NCBI GenBank assembly: GCA_964614935.1
Contig: CAZTML010000001.1
Span: 1-45,983 of the forward strand
Direction: 5' to 3'
Length of the DNA: 45,983 nt
Source of the DNA: an uncultured Clostridia bacterium
Lineage (GTDB): Bacteria; Bacillota; Clostridia; Tissierellales; Sedimentibacteraceae
Position 1 is the first letter of the stretch, and every line of letters starts with the position of its first letter. The translations under genes were made by a program, and so were the position numbers. This document shows, in pieces, positions 9,754 to 18,606 of the stretch. The notes below the pieces were generated by a model. It saw only the letters and a program-made list of their open reading frames with translations. It did not search any database and was not told the origin of the DNA.

Positions 9754-9776
9754 TTGAATAATACAAAAATGAAAGG

Positions 9777-10442
9777 ATGATAACATTGATAAACAAAATT
9801 ATTTCTGTTAAAGAAGCAGCAGAAAAAGTAAAAGACGGCATGACTATTATGGTTGGTGGATTTTTAGCAAATGGAACACCAGAGAATATAGTTGATGCTT
9901 TAGTCGAAAAAAATGTTAAAAATTTAACATTAATATGTAACGATACAGGATTCCCTGACAAAGGTGTAGGTAAAATGGTTGTTGCTAAACAATTCAAAAA
10001 AATGATCGCATCTCATGTTGGAACTAATCCAGAAACAGCTAATCAAATGAATTCAGGAGTAACTGAAGTTGTACTTACTCCTCAAGGAACTCTTGCTGAA
10101 AAAATAAGATGTGGTGGAAACGGTCTTGGTGGATTTTATACACCAACAGGAGTTGGAACTGAAGTTGCAGAAGGAAAAGAAGCTAAAGTAATAAATGGTA
10201 AAGAATATTTATTTGAAACACCTTTAAGAGCTGACGTAGCTTTATTAAAAGCTTCAGTAGTTGATAAAAAGGGAAATATGATATTTAATAAAACTATGAA
10301 AAACTTTAACACAGTTATGGCAACAGCAGCAGACTTAGTTATTGTTGAAGCTGATAAAATAGTTGAAGTAGGCGAAATAGATCCGGAACATGTTATGTGC
10401 TCAGGTATATTTGTTGACTATATAGTTGGAGGTGACAAATAA
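9777..10442 (+). CDS. atoD: Acetoacetate/butyrate CoA-transferase alpha subunit (AtoD/CtfA)
   Basis: [30 protein letters not shown]; true start may be TTG9786. Confidence 0.92.
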   Translation: MITLINKIISVKEAAEKVKDGMTIMVGGFLANGTPENIVDALVEKNVKNLTLICNDTGFPDKGVGKMVVAKQFKKMIASHVGTNPETANQMNSGVTEVVLTPQGTLAEKIRCGGNGLGGFYTPTGVGTEVAEGKEAKVINGKEYLFETPLRADVALLKASVVDKKGNMIFNKTMKNFNTVMATAADLVIVEADKIVEVGEIDPEHVMCSGIFVDYIVGGDK

Positions 10443-11098
10443 TGGATGAAAAAAAAGTTATAGCAAAAAGAGTTGCTGAATTGTTAAATAATGGTGATGT
10501 TGTTAACTTAGGTATAGGTCTTCCTACTATGGTTGCAAACTACATACCTGAAGGAATGGACATGACATTCCAGTCAGAAAATGGTTTCTTAGGTTTAGGT
10601 CCCGCTCCTGCTCAAGGTGAAGAGGACTGGGAATTAGTAAATGCAGGTGGAATGCCTTCTTCAATAGTACCAGGCGGTATGTTTTTTGACAGTGCGACTT
10701 CCTTTGGAATTATCCGTGGTGGCCATGTAGATGCAACAGTTTTGGGAGCTATGCAAGTTGATGAAAAAGGTAACTTAGCTAACTACAAAATCCCAGGTAA
10801 AATGGTTCCAGGTATGGGTGGAGCTATGGACTTGGTTGTAGGAGCTAGAGTAGTTATAATTGCCATGGTACATACTCAAAAAGGAAAACCTAAAATTCTA
10901 AAAGAGTGTACACTTCCTTTAACTGCTAAGGGACAGGTTAACTATATAGTAACTGAAATGGCTCTTATTGAAGTAACAGATGAAGGTTTAGTTTTATTAG
11001 AATTAGGACCGGAAGCAACAGTTGAAGATGTAGTTGCTGCAACAGAAGCAAACTTAATTATTTCACCAGACTTGAAACGCTTTGGTGTAGAAGAATAA
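10442..11098 (+). CDS. atoA: Acetoacetate/butyrate CoA-transferase beta subunit (AtoA/CtfB)
   Basis: VNLGIGLP, catalytic [14 protein letters not shown]; stop/start overlap with atoD. Confidence 0.93.
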   Translation: MDEKKVIAKRVAELLNNGDVVNLGIGLPTMVANYIPEGMDMTFQSENGFLGLGPAPAQGEEDWELVNAGGMPSSIVPGGMFFDSATSFGIIRGGHVDATVLGAMQVDEKGNLANYKIPGKMVPGMGGAMDLVVGARVVIIAMVHTQKGKPKILKECTLPLTAKGQVNYIVTEMALIEVTDEGLVLLELGPEATVEDVVAATEANLIISPDLKRFGVEE

Positions 11099-11112
11099 GA
11101 ATACAGAGAAAA

Positions 11113-11145
11113 AAAATCATTCTGCCAAAGGGCAGAATGATTTTT
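11113..11145. terminator. Bidirectional intrinsic terminator
   Basis: AAAAATCATTCTGCC-AAAG-GGCAGAATGATTTTT between convergent atoA and htrA. Confidence 0.8.
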
Positions 11146-11183
11146 ATATTAAAAAGATTTCCTATTTTTTTTGCTTACTTATT

Positions 11184-12470
11184 TTATTGAAAACTACTAG
11201 GTCTATTTTTCATTATCAATGTCAATTTGAGCTCCTCACCATTTCGTAAAATTGTAAATTCCGCCTTATCTCCAGCTTGATATTCATATAGCTTCTTTTG
11301 TACATCAACCATGTATTCTATCTTTTTACCATCTATATCAATAATAACATCATTTGGTTGAAGTCCGGCTTCAACAGCAGGAGAATTTGGCATAGTTTCT
11401 ATTATGATTACTCCATAATCTGCAATTAAATCAAGACCATAAAGCATTTCGTAAGTTTCAACGTCCATTCCTGTTATACCCACATATACGGGTTCAAAGC
11501 TTCCGTCGTTAACTATTTGTGCTATAACAGGTTTTACAATATTGATTGGTATTGAAAAACCCAATCCTTCTGCTGAAGTCATTTTAGCAGTATTGATTCC
11601 TATTACCTGACCTTTGGCATTAAATAAAGGACCACCACTATTACCTGAATTTATAGATGCATCGGTTTGGATAAGGGGTTCAATAATAGTCCCATCTTCA
11701 AATTGAATAGACCTGTTAAGACCACTTATTATACCTTGAGTAACTGTTCTTTCAAGGTCTAATGTCATTGGATTTCCAATGGCTACTGCAGGTTCTCCAA
11801 CCATTAAAGTGTCGGAATTTCCTAGTTCTGCAACAGGGAGACCTGTCTTGTTTATTTTTATTATTGCCAAATCTAAGTTAGTATCATACCACAAAACTTG
11901 GCCTGTTTCTACTGAACCATCAATTAAAGAAACTATTATACTTTTATAATTTCCGTCGCCTATAACGTGTGAATTTGTTACAATGTATCCATTTGGATTT
12001 ACAATGAAACCAGAACCCATGCCTTGTTTAGTTCTCGATTGAGGACCCCAAAAAGTATTTACTTGTTCTTCTACTTCAGTGGTAATTCCAACAACAGTTT
12101 TTTGTGATTTTTCAGCCACTGCTGCTGCAAAATAAACATCATCCGTCAAATTGATATTTACTTCTTGGGCGCTTATTGATGACTTTATGGCATCTTTTTC
12201 AGCTTGAACATTTAACATGTTAGCTGTTACATAAGAACCTGATAACCCTCCAATTATTGCAGCTAACAAGGCAGTGGCAATATAGCCCATTATTGATTTT
12301 TTTCTTTTCTTTTGTTGATTTTCAATTACAGGTTCACTCATGACAAAATTAATATCATTTGGACTTTCTTCATTTTTAATATACTCACTTGTCATGTTCT
12401 CATTAATTATATTTTCTTGTTGATTTTCATTTTCCTTATAATCATTATTGAATCTTTGATTTTCGTCCAT
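11184..12470 (-). CDS. htrA: HtrA/DegP family membrane serine protease with PDZ domain
   Basis: TM anchor, GSGFIV, TNSHV, DLAIIK, QTDASINSGNSGGPL, C-terminal PDZ. Confidence 0.93.
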   Translation of the reverse strand: MDENQRFNNDYKENENQQENIINENMTSEYIKNEESPNDINFVMSEPVIENQQKKRKKSIMGYIATALLAAIIGGLSGSYVTANMLNVQAEKDAIKSSISAQEVNINLTDDVYFAAAVAEKSQKTVVGITTEVEEQVNTFWGPQSRTKQGMGSGFIVNPNGYIVTNSHVIGDGNYKSIIVSLIDGSVETGQVLWYDTNLDLAIIKINKTGLPVAELGNSDTLMVGEPAVAIGNPMTLDLERTVTQGIISGLNRSIQFEDGTIIEPLIQTDASINSGNSGGPLFNAKGQVIGINTAKMTSAEGLGFSIPINIVKPVIAQIVNDGSFEPVYVGITGMDVETYEMLYGLDLIADYGVIIIETMPNSPAVEAGLQPNDVIIDIDGKKIEYMVDVQKKLYEYQAGDKAEFTILRNGEELKLTLIMKNRPSSFQ

Positions 12471-12710
12471 TATATTATCGCTCCTTTGTATAATATTGAT
12501 ATTTTCTTAATAATATAATTATATCCTCCTTTTCTTTATTGAAACTTAAATTCAATAAAATTTCATCGCTGAAAGTAAAACTATGATATTAGGCTTTATA
12601 CCACGCCTATATTATTTATTTCATCTAATATCATTATTTATATTAAATATACTAACATATAGTTTAGATAATTCAATAAAATTCAATAAAGGGAATTTAA
12701 TTTTGAAAAG

Positions 12711-12743
12711 TTACTTGACAAAGTAAAGTTACTCTGCTATATT
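12711..12743 (+). promoter_or_regulatory. SigA promoter of the ccdA operon with an overlapping palindromic operator
   Basis: TTGACA(12715)-17bp-TATATT(12738) with extended TG; TTACTT-GACA-AAGTAA palindrome over the -35. Confidence 0.7.
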
Positions 12744-12768
12744 TTAATAAAATATTTCCGGAGGTCTT

Positions 12769-13497
12769 ATGGGGGTTGCAAGTTTAACAACTAATGTAAG
12801 CATTCTATTGGTTTTTGCAGAAGGATTTATATCTTTCTTTTCTCCATGTGTTCTTCCCTTAATTCCTGTCTATATTAGCTACTTAGCAGGCAATGGGAGA
12901 AAGGTTACTAGCGATGGAACAATTACATATGAAAGAAAAAAGGTGCTTCTTAACACTTTATTTTTTGTTTTAGGTATTTCCAGCGTTTTTTTCATTTTAG
13001 GTTTATCATTTTCAGCTTTGGGTATATTTTTTAATAAGAATAGAGTTTTATTCAGCAAAATTGGTGGTATAATAATTATTATACTAGGTTTAGTGCAATT
13101 AAATGTAATAAAATTAAATTTTTTAAAGATGGAAAAAAGAATAAATTTAAACATTGGTGGTAAAATGAATCCCTTGCTTGCCTATATAATGGGATTTACA
13201 TTTAGCTTTGCATGGACTCCTTGCGTAGGACCTGCTCTTGCTTCAGTTTTAATTTTATCATCAAATGCAAGCAATGCATTTACCGGAAATATGCTGGTTT
13301 TGGTTTATGCCTTAGGATTTATAATACCCTTTATAATTTTAGGTATATTTACAACAGAAACCCTAAACTTCTTTAAAGAAAAAAGAGCTTTAGTAAAATA
13401 TACAATTAAAATTGGTGGTATTATTTTAGTAATAATAGGAATCATGACATTTACGGGAACATTTACTTCTATAAGCAGAAACTTAAGTTCTTTTTAA
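12769..13497 (+). CDS. ccdA: CcdA/DsbD-family transmembrane thiol-disulfide transporter
   Basis: SFFSPCVLPL and WTPCVGPAL motifs, about 6 TM helices. Confidence 0.92.
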   Translation: MGVASLTTNVSILLVFAEGFISFFSPCVLPLIPVYISYLAGNGRKVTSDGTITYERKKVLLNTLFFVLGISSVFFILGLSFSALGIFFNKNRVLFSKIGGIIIIILGLVQLNVIKLNFLKMEKRINLNIGGKMNPLLAYIMGFTFSFAWTPCVGPALASVLILSSNASNAFTGNMLVLVYALGFIIPFIILGIFTTETLNFFKEKRALVKYTIKIGGIILVIIGIMTFTGTFTSISRNLSSF

Positions 13498-13499
13498 TA

Positions 13500-13558
13500 A
13501 GATGCCCTAACCCTATTTTTTTGACAGTAAGGAGAAAAAAGATAACGGTAGGTCATTC
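13500..13558. repeat. Family D hairpin element
   Basis: AGATGCCCTAACC...GGTAGGTCATTC; same termini in the reverse complement of 37793-37851. Confidence 0.7.
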
Positions 13559-13627
13559 ATAACGAGCGCCAATTTTGTGCGACGTGAGGAGCAAATAAAA
13601 TTGTGCAGCGAGACTATGGGAGAAGAA

Positions 13628-14059
13628 ATGAAACAATATAATTTAAACTGCAATATAGCCCAGACATTAAATATAATTGGTGACAAATGGTCTCTCTTAA
13701 TACTCCATGAAATGTTTATGGGACGAGAAACATATAAAGAAATACAAGATAATCTCGAAGGAATACCCACAAATCTACTAGCTGAAAGATTAAAAACATT
13801 AGAAGGGGATAATCTTGTGAAAAGAAACATATATCAATCAAATCCACCTAGATATAAATATTCACTAACAGAAAAGGGTTATGATTTGGAACATATATTT
13901 AATAGTTTAATCTTGTGGGGACAAAAACATTTAAATACATGTTATAAAAAGTTAGTTCATAAAAATTGCAAGTCTCTAATTGAGCATAGGTATTATTGTC
14001 CTAATTGCAATAAAAATGTAAGTGTAGATGAAATGCTTGTAATAAATCCTGAAGAATGA
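13628..14059 (+). CDS. HxlR/DUF24 (MarR-like) redox-sensing regulator with C-terminal Cys-rich motif
   Basis: NCNIAQTLNIIGDKWSLLIL, LAERLKTLE, PPRYKYSLTEKG, HxxC..CPNC; start moved to ATG13628 after GGGAG. Confidence 0.9.
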   Translation: MKQYNLNCNIAQTLNIIGDKWSLLILHEMFMGRETYKEIQDNLEGIPTNLLAERLKTLEGDNLVKRNIYQSNPPRYKYSLTEKGYDLEHIFNSLILWGQKHLNTCYKKLVHKNCKSLIEHRYYCPNCNKNVSVDEMLVINPEE

Positions 14060-14075
14060 GAGGTTGGTAATTATT

Positions 14076-14933
14076 ATGTCAGATGTAGTAGATATTATCA
14101 TAATAGGAGCAGGACCTGCAGGTTTGTCTGCAGCTGTAAATGCCCTAGCAAGAGGAAAGACAGTAAGAATTTTTTCAAACGGAGAAAATTATTTATCAAA
14201 AGCTGAACAAGTAGATAATTACTTAGGTTTTTATAATGTAAGCGGAAAAGAATTAATGGATACATTTAGGGAACATGCTCAGGCTATGGGTATAAAAACA
14301 GAAAGCGGTAAAGTTGTTAATATACTTCCCTTAGGTGATACTTTCATGGTTAATATAAATGGTGAAATCGCAGAAACTAAAAAAGTAATACTTGCAATGG
14401 GAATATCAAAAATCAAGGAACTTCCCGGTGAATCCAAACTTTTAGGAAGTGGAATAAGCTACTGTGCTACCTGTGACGGAATGCTTTACAGGGGAAAGAA
14501 TGCCATTGTATGGGATCAATCCAAGGATGCATGGGAAGAAGCAAACTTTTTACAAAGTATTGGGGTAAATGTAACATTTGTATCCAAAAAGCCAAGACCT
14601 GAAAACTTAGGAGATGACATTAAGTATATTAATGACACTGTAAAAGAAGTTATAGGTGAAAATACAGTAGAATCAGTTAAGACAGGAAATGAAATAATAA
14701 ATATTGACGCAGTATTCATGCTAAGAGATGCAGTTGCACCTACTGCATTAGTCGATGGTTTAGAACTGGATGGAAACTTTATAAGTGTTAACAAAAATAT
14801 GGAAACTAACATTCCCGGACTATATGCGGCAGGTGATATAACAGGAAAACCCCTTCAGCTTTCAAAAGCGGTAAGTGAAGGTTTGATAGCTGCTCAACAT
14901 GCAGCTTTACAAATAGATAAAAAGGAGAAATAG
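14076..14933 (+). CDS. Thioredoxin reductase-like flavoprotein (probably ferredoxin-dependent FFTR type)
   Basis: GAGPAG FAD motif, CATCD active site, GLYAAGD; GxGxxA NADPH motif replaced by WDQSKDA. Confidence 0.85.
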   Translation: MSDVVDIIIIGAGPAGLSAAVNALARGKTVRIFSNGENYLSKAEQVDNYLGFYNVSGKELMDTFREHAQAMGIKTESGKVVNILPLGDTFMVNINGEIAETKKVILAMGISKIKELPGESKLLGSGISYCATCDGMLYRGKNAIVWDQSKDAWEEANFLQSIGVNVTFVSKKPRPENLGDDIKYINDTVKEVIGENTVESVKTGNEIINIDAVFMLRDAVAPTALVDGLELDGNFISVNKNMETNIPGLYAAGDITGKPLQLSKAVSEGLIAAQHAALQIDKKEK

Positions 14934-14935
14934 AA

Positions 14936-15262
14936 ATGGCAGAAATAAAAAATATTATGAGCACTCAGGAATTTGATGATTTAATTAAAGATAACAGGTA
15001 TGTCCTTGTGGATTTTTGGGCAGGATGGTGTGCGCCTTGCAGAATGGTTGCACCGGTAATAGACAAAATAGCTGAACAATACTCAGAAAAAATAATAGTA
15101 GCAAAGGTAGATGTAGATGACCAGCAAGAGTTAGCTATTCGCTACGGAATACAAACTATACCTACTATAATATTCTTTAAGGAGGGTAAAGTAGCTTCAA
15201 AAGAAATTGGTGTTAAACCCTTGTCTTCCTTTGCAAATATGATTGATAGTAATATAGCGTAA
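14936..15262 (+). CDS. trxA: Thioredoxin
   Basis: VDFWAGWCAPC, IPT cis-Pro motif. Confidence 0.95.
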   Translation: MAEIKNIMSTQEFDDLIKDNRYVLVDFWAGWCAPCRMVAPVIDKIAEQYSEKIIVAKVDVDDQQELAIRYGIQTIPTIIFFKEGKVASKEIGVKPLSSFANMIDSNIA

Positions 15263-15295
15263 ATAAAATTCTGGGCTAGCCCAGAATTTTATTAT
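15262..15295. terminator. Bidirectional intrinsic terminator
   Basis: AAATAAAATTCTGGGCTAGCCCAGAATTTTATTT palindrome between convergent trxA and GNAT. Confidence 0.8.
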
Positions 15296-15807
15296 TTATT
15301 TTCCCACTCATCTTTTAATAAGCCATACAATAGTAAGTCGTATCTCTTATCATCCCTAAGGACAAAGTCTCTAAATACTCCCTCTTTTTTAAAAGCAAAC
15401 TTTTCATACAAGGCAATGGCGCCTTGGTTAAACTCTAGTACATTTAGCTGAATACGATGAAGTTTTAGTTTGTTGAACCCATAATCCAATAAGAGGTCCA
15501 TTGCTTTTGAGCCATAACCCTTGCCTCTTTCATTTTCATTTCCAAAACCAATAAATAGGGTAGCTACTTGATTATCTTTTATTATATCATCAAATCCGCC
15601 AATACCGATAATTCGTCCTTCCTTTCTAACTGCAAACACTTTTGATTTTCCACTGTTCTCATAATATTTAAATGTTTTATCCACAGTTTCTTCATCTTGA
15701 TCTAGAGGAGGATAATAATCGTAATATTTTAAGAAGTTACTATCTTTATGCCACTTATAAACTTCCTTCATATCTTCACTTTTTATTTTATCTAAATATA
15801 TATCCAT
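15292..15807 (-). CDS. RimJ/RimL-type GNAT N-acetyltransferase
   Basis: RGKGYGSKAM, LHRIQLNVLEFNQGAIALYEK, FKKEG. Confidence 0.9.
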   Translation of the reverse strand: MDIYLDKIKSEDMKEVYKWHKDSNFLKYYDYYPPLDQDEETVDKTFKYYENSGKSKVFAVRKEGRIIGIGGFDDIIKDNQVATLFIGFGNENERGKGYGSKAMDLLLDYGFNKLKLHRIQLNVLEFNQGAIALYEKFAFKKEGVFRDFVLRDDKRYDLLLYGLLKDEWENK

Positions 15808-15818
15808 GTAAAAATCTC

Positions 15819-16496
15819 CTAAGCAAAAATAATAATTATAATTATAGTTAATAAGCCGGTAACACCAATTGCAAGGCCAGAAGATGCTCCTACTTCTTCA
15901 TTCATTTCAACTGCTTTCGTAGTCCCAATAGCATGCGAAGCAGATCCTATTCCAATTCCCTTTGCTATATTATTCTTAATTTTACCCAATTTTATTACAA
16001 ATGGTGCCATAGCTGCTCCTACTAAGCCTGTAAGCACTACGGCTAAAACAGTTATGCCCTCATCTCCTCCCAAGAGTTTTGTTGACTCAACAGCCATTGG
16101 AGTTGTAATTGATTTTGAGAAAAGAGATAGCATTATTGTTTCATCAAGACCAAACAACTTACACAAAAGAGTTACAGACACAAAAGATGTAATTATGCTT
16201 GCTAGAACACCTCCAATTATAGGAATAAAGTTTTTTATTAAGTCATGCCTATTTTTATAAAGGGGTATTGCAAGTACCACAACAATGGGCCCAAGAACTG
16301 AAGCTATCAAACCGCCTCCCTTATTGTAATCAGAATAGGGAATATTAAATACTTTTAATATTATTATAATAATTATAGCAGATATAAGTATTGGGTTTAA
16401 AAATTCTTTCCTAAACTTATTGCTTATAATAAGACTGAATTTAAAAAGTGCAATAGTAAGCAGTATATAAATAAGGGGCATTATTATATTATTCAT
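15819..16496 (-). CDS. lrgB: LrgB/CidB family membrane protein
   Basis: LGPIVVVLAIPLY, KSITTPMA, GSASHAIGT. Confidence 0.92.
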   Translation of the reverse strand: MNNIIMPLIYILLTIALFKFSLIISNKFRKEFLNPILISAIIIIIILKVFNIPYSDYNKGGGLIASVLGPIVVVLAIPLYKNRHDLIKNFIPIIGGVLASIITSFVSVTLLCKLFGLDETIMLSLFSKSITTPMAVESTKLLGGDEGITVLAVVLTGLVGAAMAPFVIKLGKIKNNIAKGIGIGSASHAIGTTKAVEMNEEVGASSGLAIGVTGLLTIIIIIIFA

Positions 16497-16866
16497 GGTT
16501 TTTCTCCTTGTATGAAATCAAAAAATCTGTAACCTTGCATGATACAAGCATTACAATAAAACAAGAAATAGGTAATATAATCATAATTTGAAGAAGGCTG
16601 TTTTGTATAAGCTTGTATGATTCCATAAGTCCTACTGTTAAGGGCACAAAGAAAAACCCCATGTATTTAAGCATAAAATTTCCTGTTTCTTCTACCATGG
16701 AAAGCTTTAAAATATTAGTAGACAGCAATAACAAAAGTATTGCCATACCTATAATATTTCCCGGTATAAGGATTATATCTGAAATAAGTTTACTTATTAA
16801 GTTTCCTGTCCAATAGATTATGTAAATTATCCCTATTTGAAGGATTATTTTTAAAATTTTTTTCAT
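16489..16866 (-). CDS. lrgA: CidA/LrgA family holin-like protein
   Basis: IPGNIIGM, FFFVPLTVGLM; start moved to ATG16866 after AGGAGG; overlaps the lrgB start. Confidence 0.9.
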   Translation of the reverse strand: MKKILKIILQIGIIYIIYWTGNLISKLISDIILIPGNIIGMAILLLLLSTNILKLSMVEETGNFMLKYMGFFFVPLTVGLMESYKLIQNSLLQIMIILPISCFIVMLVSCKVTDFLISYKEKNHE

Positions 16867-17046
16867 TTTTACCTCCTGTTTCAATTATATATGAAATTAT
16901 TCCTAATTCAATACTTTTTTAAACCTTTAACTAAATTTTATACGAGGATGTTGGGATTAAGCTATGAATAAAGAAATAATTTGTGTGTATTTAGGTATAA
17001 ATATGATATACTTAATTATGTTATTAATTTAATTTTGGAGGATATT

Positions 17047-18084
17047 ATGGGATTACCACTTGATAGCGGATTAAATCTGTTTGAAAAACACAAAAAAGGC
17101 AAATTAAATCTAATTACTGATGTTCAAGGTGTAAAAGTAGGACAAGTAACATTAAAAAAAGATGGAATAAATACAGGAGTTACTGTAGTTTTTCCCCATG
17201 AAGGAAATATTTTTCAAGACAAGGTTATGGCAGCAACAGATGTATTAAATGGTTTTGGTAAAAGTGTAGGTTTACTACAAGTTGATGAATTAGGAACAAT
17301 TGAAACTCCAATTATAATGACCAATACTCTAAGTGTTGGAACAGCAACTACTGCCTTGGTTAAATATATGCTGGATCAAAATGAGGATATAGGACTTACT
17401 ACGGGAACAGTTAATTGTTTAGTTACAGAATGCAATGATGGAAGGTTAAATGATATTCGAGGTCTTCATGTAACAGAAGAAGATGTTTTTAAAGCCCTAA
17501 ATTCACCGTCAGAACACTTTGAAGAAGGCGCTGTAGGAAGCGGTACAGGCATGTGTTGTCTTGGATTAAAAGGCGGTATAGGGTCTGCATCAAGACTAAT
17601 TAATGTAGACGGTCAAGAATATACAATTGGTGCTTTAGTAATGTCTAATTTCGGTTCATCCGGTAATTTAATAATTGGTGGTGACCATATAGGTAAAAGG
17701 ATACAGAATGAAAAGGAAATAAACGAAGGCCCCGTAAAAGATGAAGGCTCCATTATTATTATAATTGCAACTGATGTACCACTTTCTGAAAGACAATTGA
17801 AAAGAATAGCCAAACGGTCAACAATAGCATTAGGGAAAACAGGCTCTTATATGGGTAATGGAAGCGGAGATATTGCCATAGCATTTACAACTGCAAACAG
17901 AGTCCCCCATTACAGCGAGAAAGATATTCTAAAGACAAAAATGTTCTTTGATGATAAAATAGATAATGTTTTTGAAGCCTCTATTGAAGCTGTTGAGGAA
18001 TCAATAATTAGCTCTCTTTATCACGCTAAAACAACTATTGGATATTTAGGTAAAGAAGTTAAAGGTTTAAGAGAATATTTGTAA
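17047..18084 (+). CDS. DmpA/peptidase S58 (P1) family aminopeptidase
   Basis: ITDVQGVKVG, NGFGKSVG, ECNDGRLNDI, GS|IIIIIATD cleavage site, NGSGD; start ATG17047 after GGAGG. Confidence 0.92.
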   Translation: MGLPLDSGLNLFEKHKKGKLNLITDVQGVKVGQVTLKKDGINTGVTVVFPHEGNIFQDKVMAATDVLNGFGKSVGLLQVDELGTIETPIIMTNTLSVGTATTALVKYMLDQNEDIGLTTGTVNCLVTECNDGRLNDIRGLHVTEEDVFKALNSPSEHFEEGAVGSGTGMCCLGLKGGIGSASRLINVDGQEYTIGALVMSNFGSSGNLIIGGDHIGKRIQNEKEINEGPVKDEGSIIIIIATDVPLSERQLKRIAKRSTIALGKTGSYMGNGSGDIAIAFTTANRVPHYSEKDILKTKMFFDDKIDNVFEASIEAVEESIISSLYHAKTTIGYLGKEVKGLREYL

Positions 18085-18096
18085 AAATATGTAAAT

Positions 18097-18140
18097 AAAT
18101 AAAGGCCCTGAGCATTTTTTGCCCAGTGGCCTCTTTATTT
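18097..18140. terminator. Probable bidirectional terminator (imperfect)
   Basis: AAATAAAGGCC..CTG / CAG..GGCCTCTTTATTT between convergent genes. Confidence 0.5.
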
Positions 18141-18148
18141 AACTTTTT

Positions 18149-18517
18149 TTATCTTGTAGGTACTACCTCAATCCAGTAGCCGTCTGGGTCAGTAATAAAG
18201 TAAATTCCCATTGCTTCATTTACATATTCAATACAACCCATTTCTTCATGCTTTTTGAAGGCTTCATCATAATTGTCAACCTTCATCGCCAAGTGGTATT
18301 CTAAATCTCCTAAGTTGTAAGCTTCACTTCTATCACGCATCCAAGTAAGTTCCAATGAAAAGCCAGTTTCACCATCACCTAGATATACCAGTATAAAGCT
18401 TCCATCTTCTGCTTCTTTTCTTCTTACTTCTTTTAAACCTAATGCTTCTTTATAAAAACTCATACTTTTTTCTAAATCTAATACGTTGAAATTAAAATGA
18501 TTAAATGTGAATTTCAT
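18149..18517 (-). CDS. VOC family protein, lactoylglutathione lyase (glyoxalase I)-like
   Basis: NHFNFNVLDLEKS, LELTW, YHLA, FITDPDGYWIE. Confidence 0.88.
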   Translation of the reverse strand: MKFTFNHFNFNVLDLEKSMSFYKEALGLKEVRRKEAEDGSFILVYLGDGETGFSLELTWMRDRSEAYNLGDLEYHLAMKVDNYDEAFKKHEEMGCIEYVNEAMGIYFITDPDGYWIEVVPTR

Positions 18518-18533
18518 GTTTCCTCCTTATATA

Positions 18534-18579
18534 ATGAGATTCTTCAGGCTGCGCCTTCAGAATGACACGGGCTGCGCCC
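18534..18579. repeat. Family A REP-like unit
   Basis: ATGAGATTCTTCAGGCTGCGCCTTCAGAATGACA followed by a duplicated GGCTGCGCC. Confidence 0.7.
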
Positions 18580-18606
18580 TTTAAATCAGCTTCATAGTTA
18601 ACACGA

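Noticed and set aside
11113-11145. Terminator stem TCATTCTG/CAGAATGA as a family A member
   Set aside because: Only an 8-bp match, lacking the YGTC tag and GAAGRATCT end; adequately explained as an ordinary terminator
12769-15262. Selenocysteine or stop read-through in the redox operon (e.g. a ccdA-thioredoxin fusion)
   Set aside because: All catalytic Cys codons are present, ccdA ends in TAATAA, and no in-frame TGA sits at an active site
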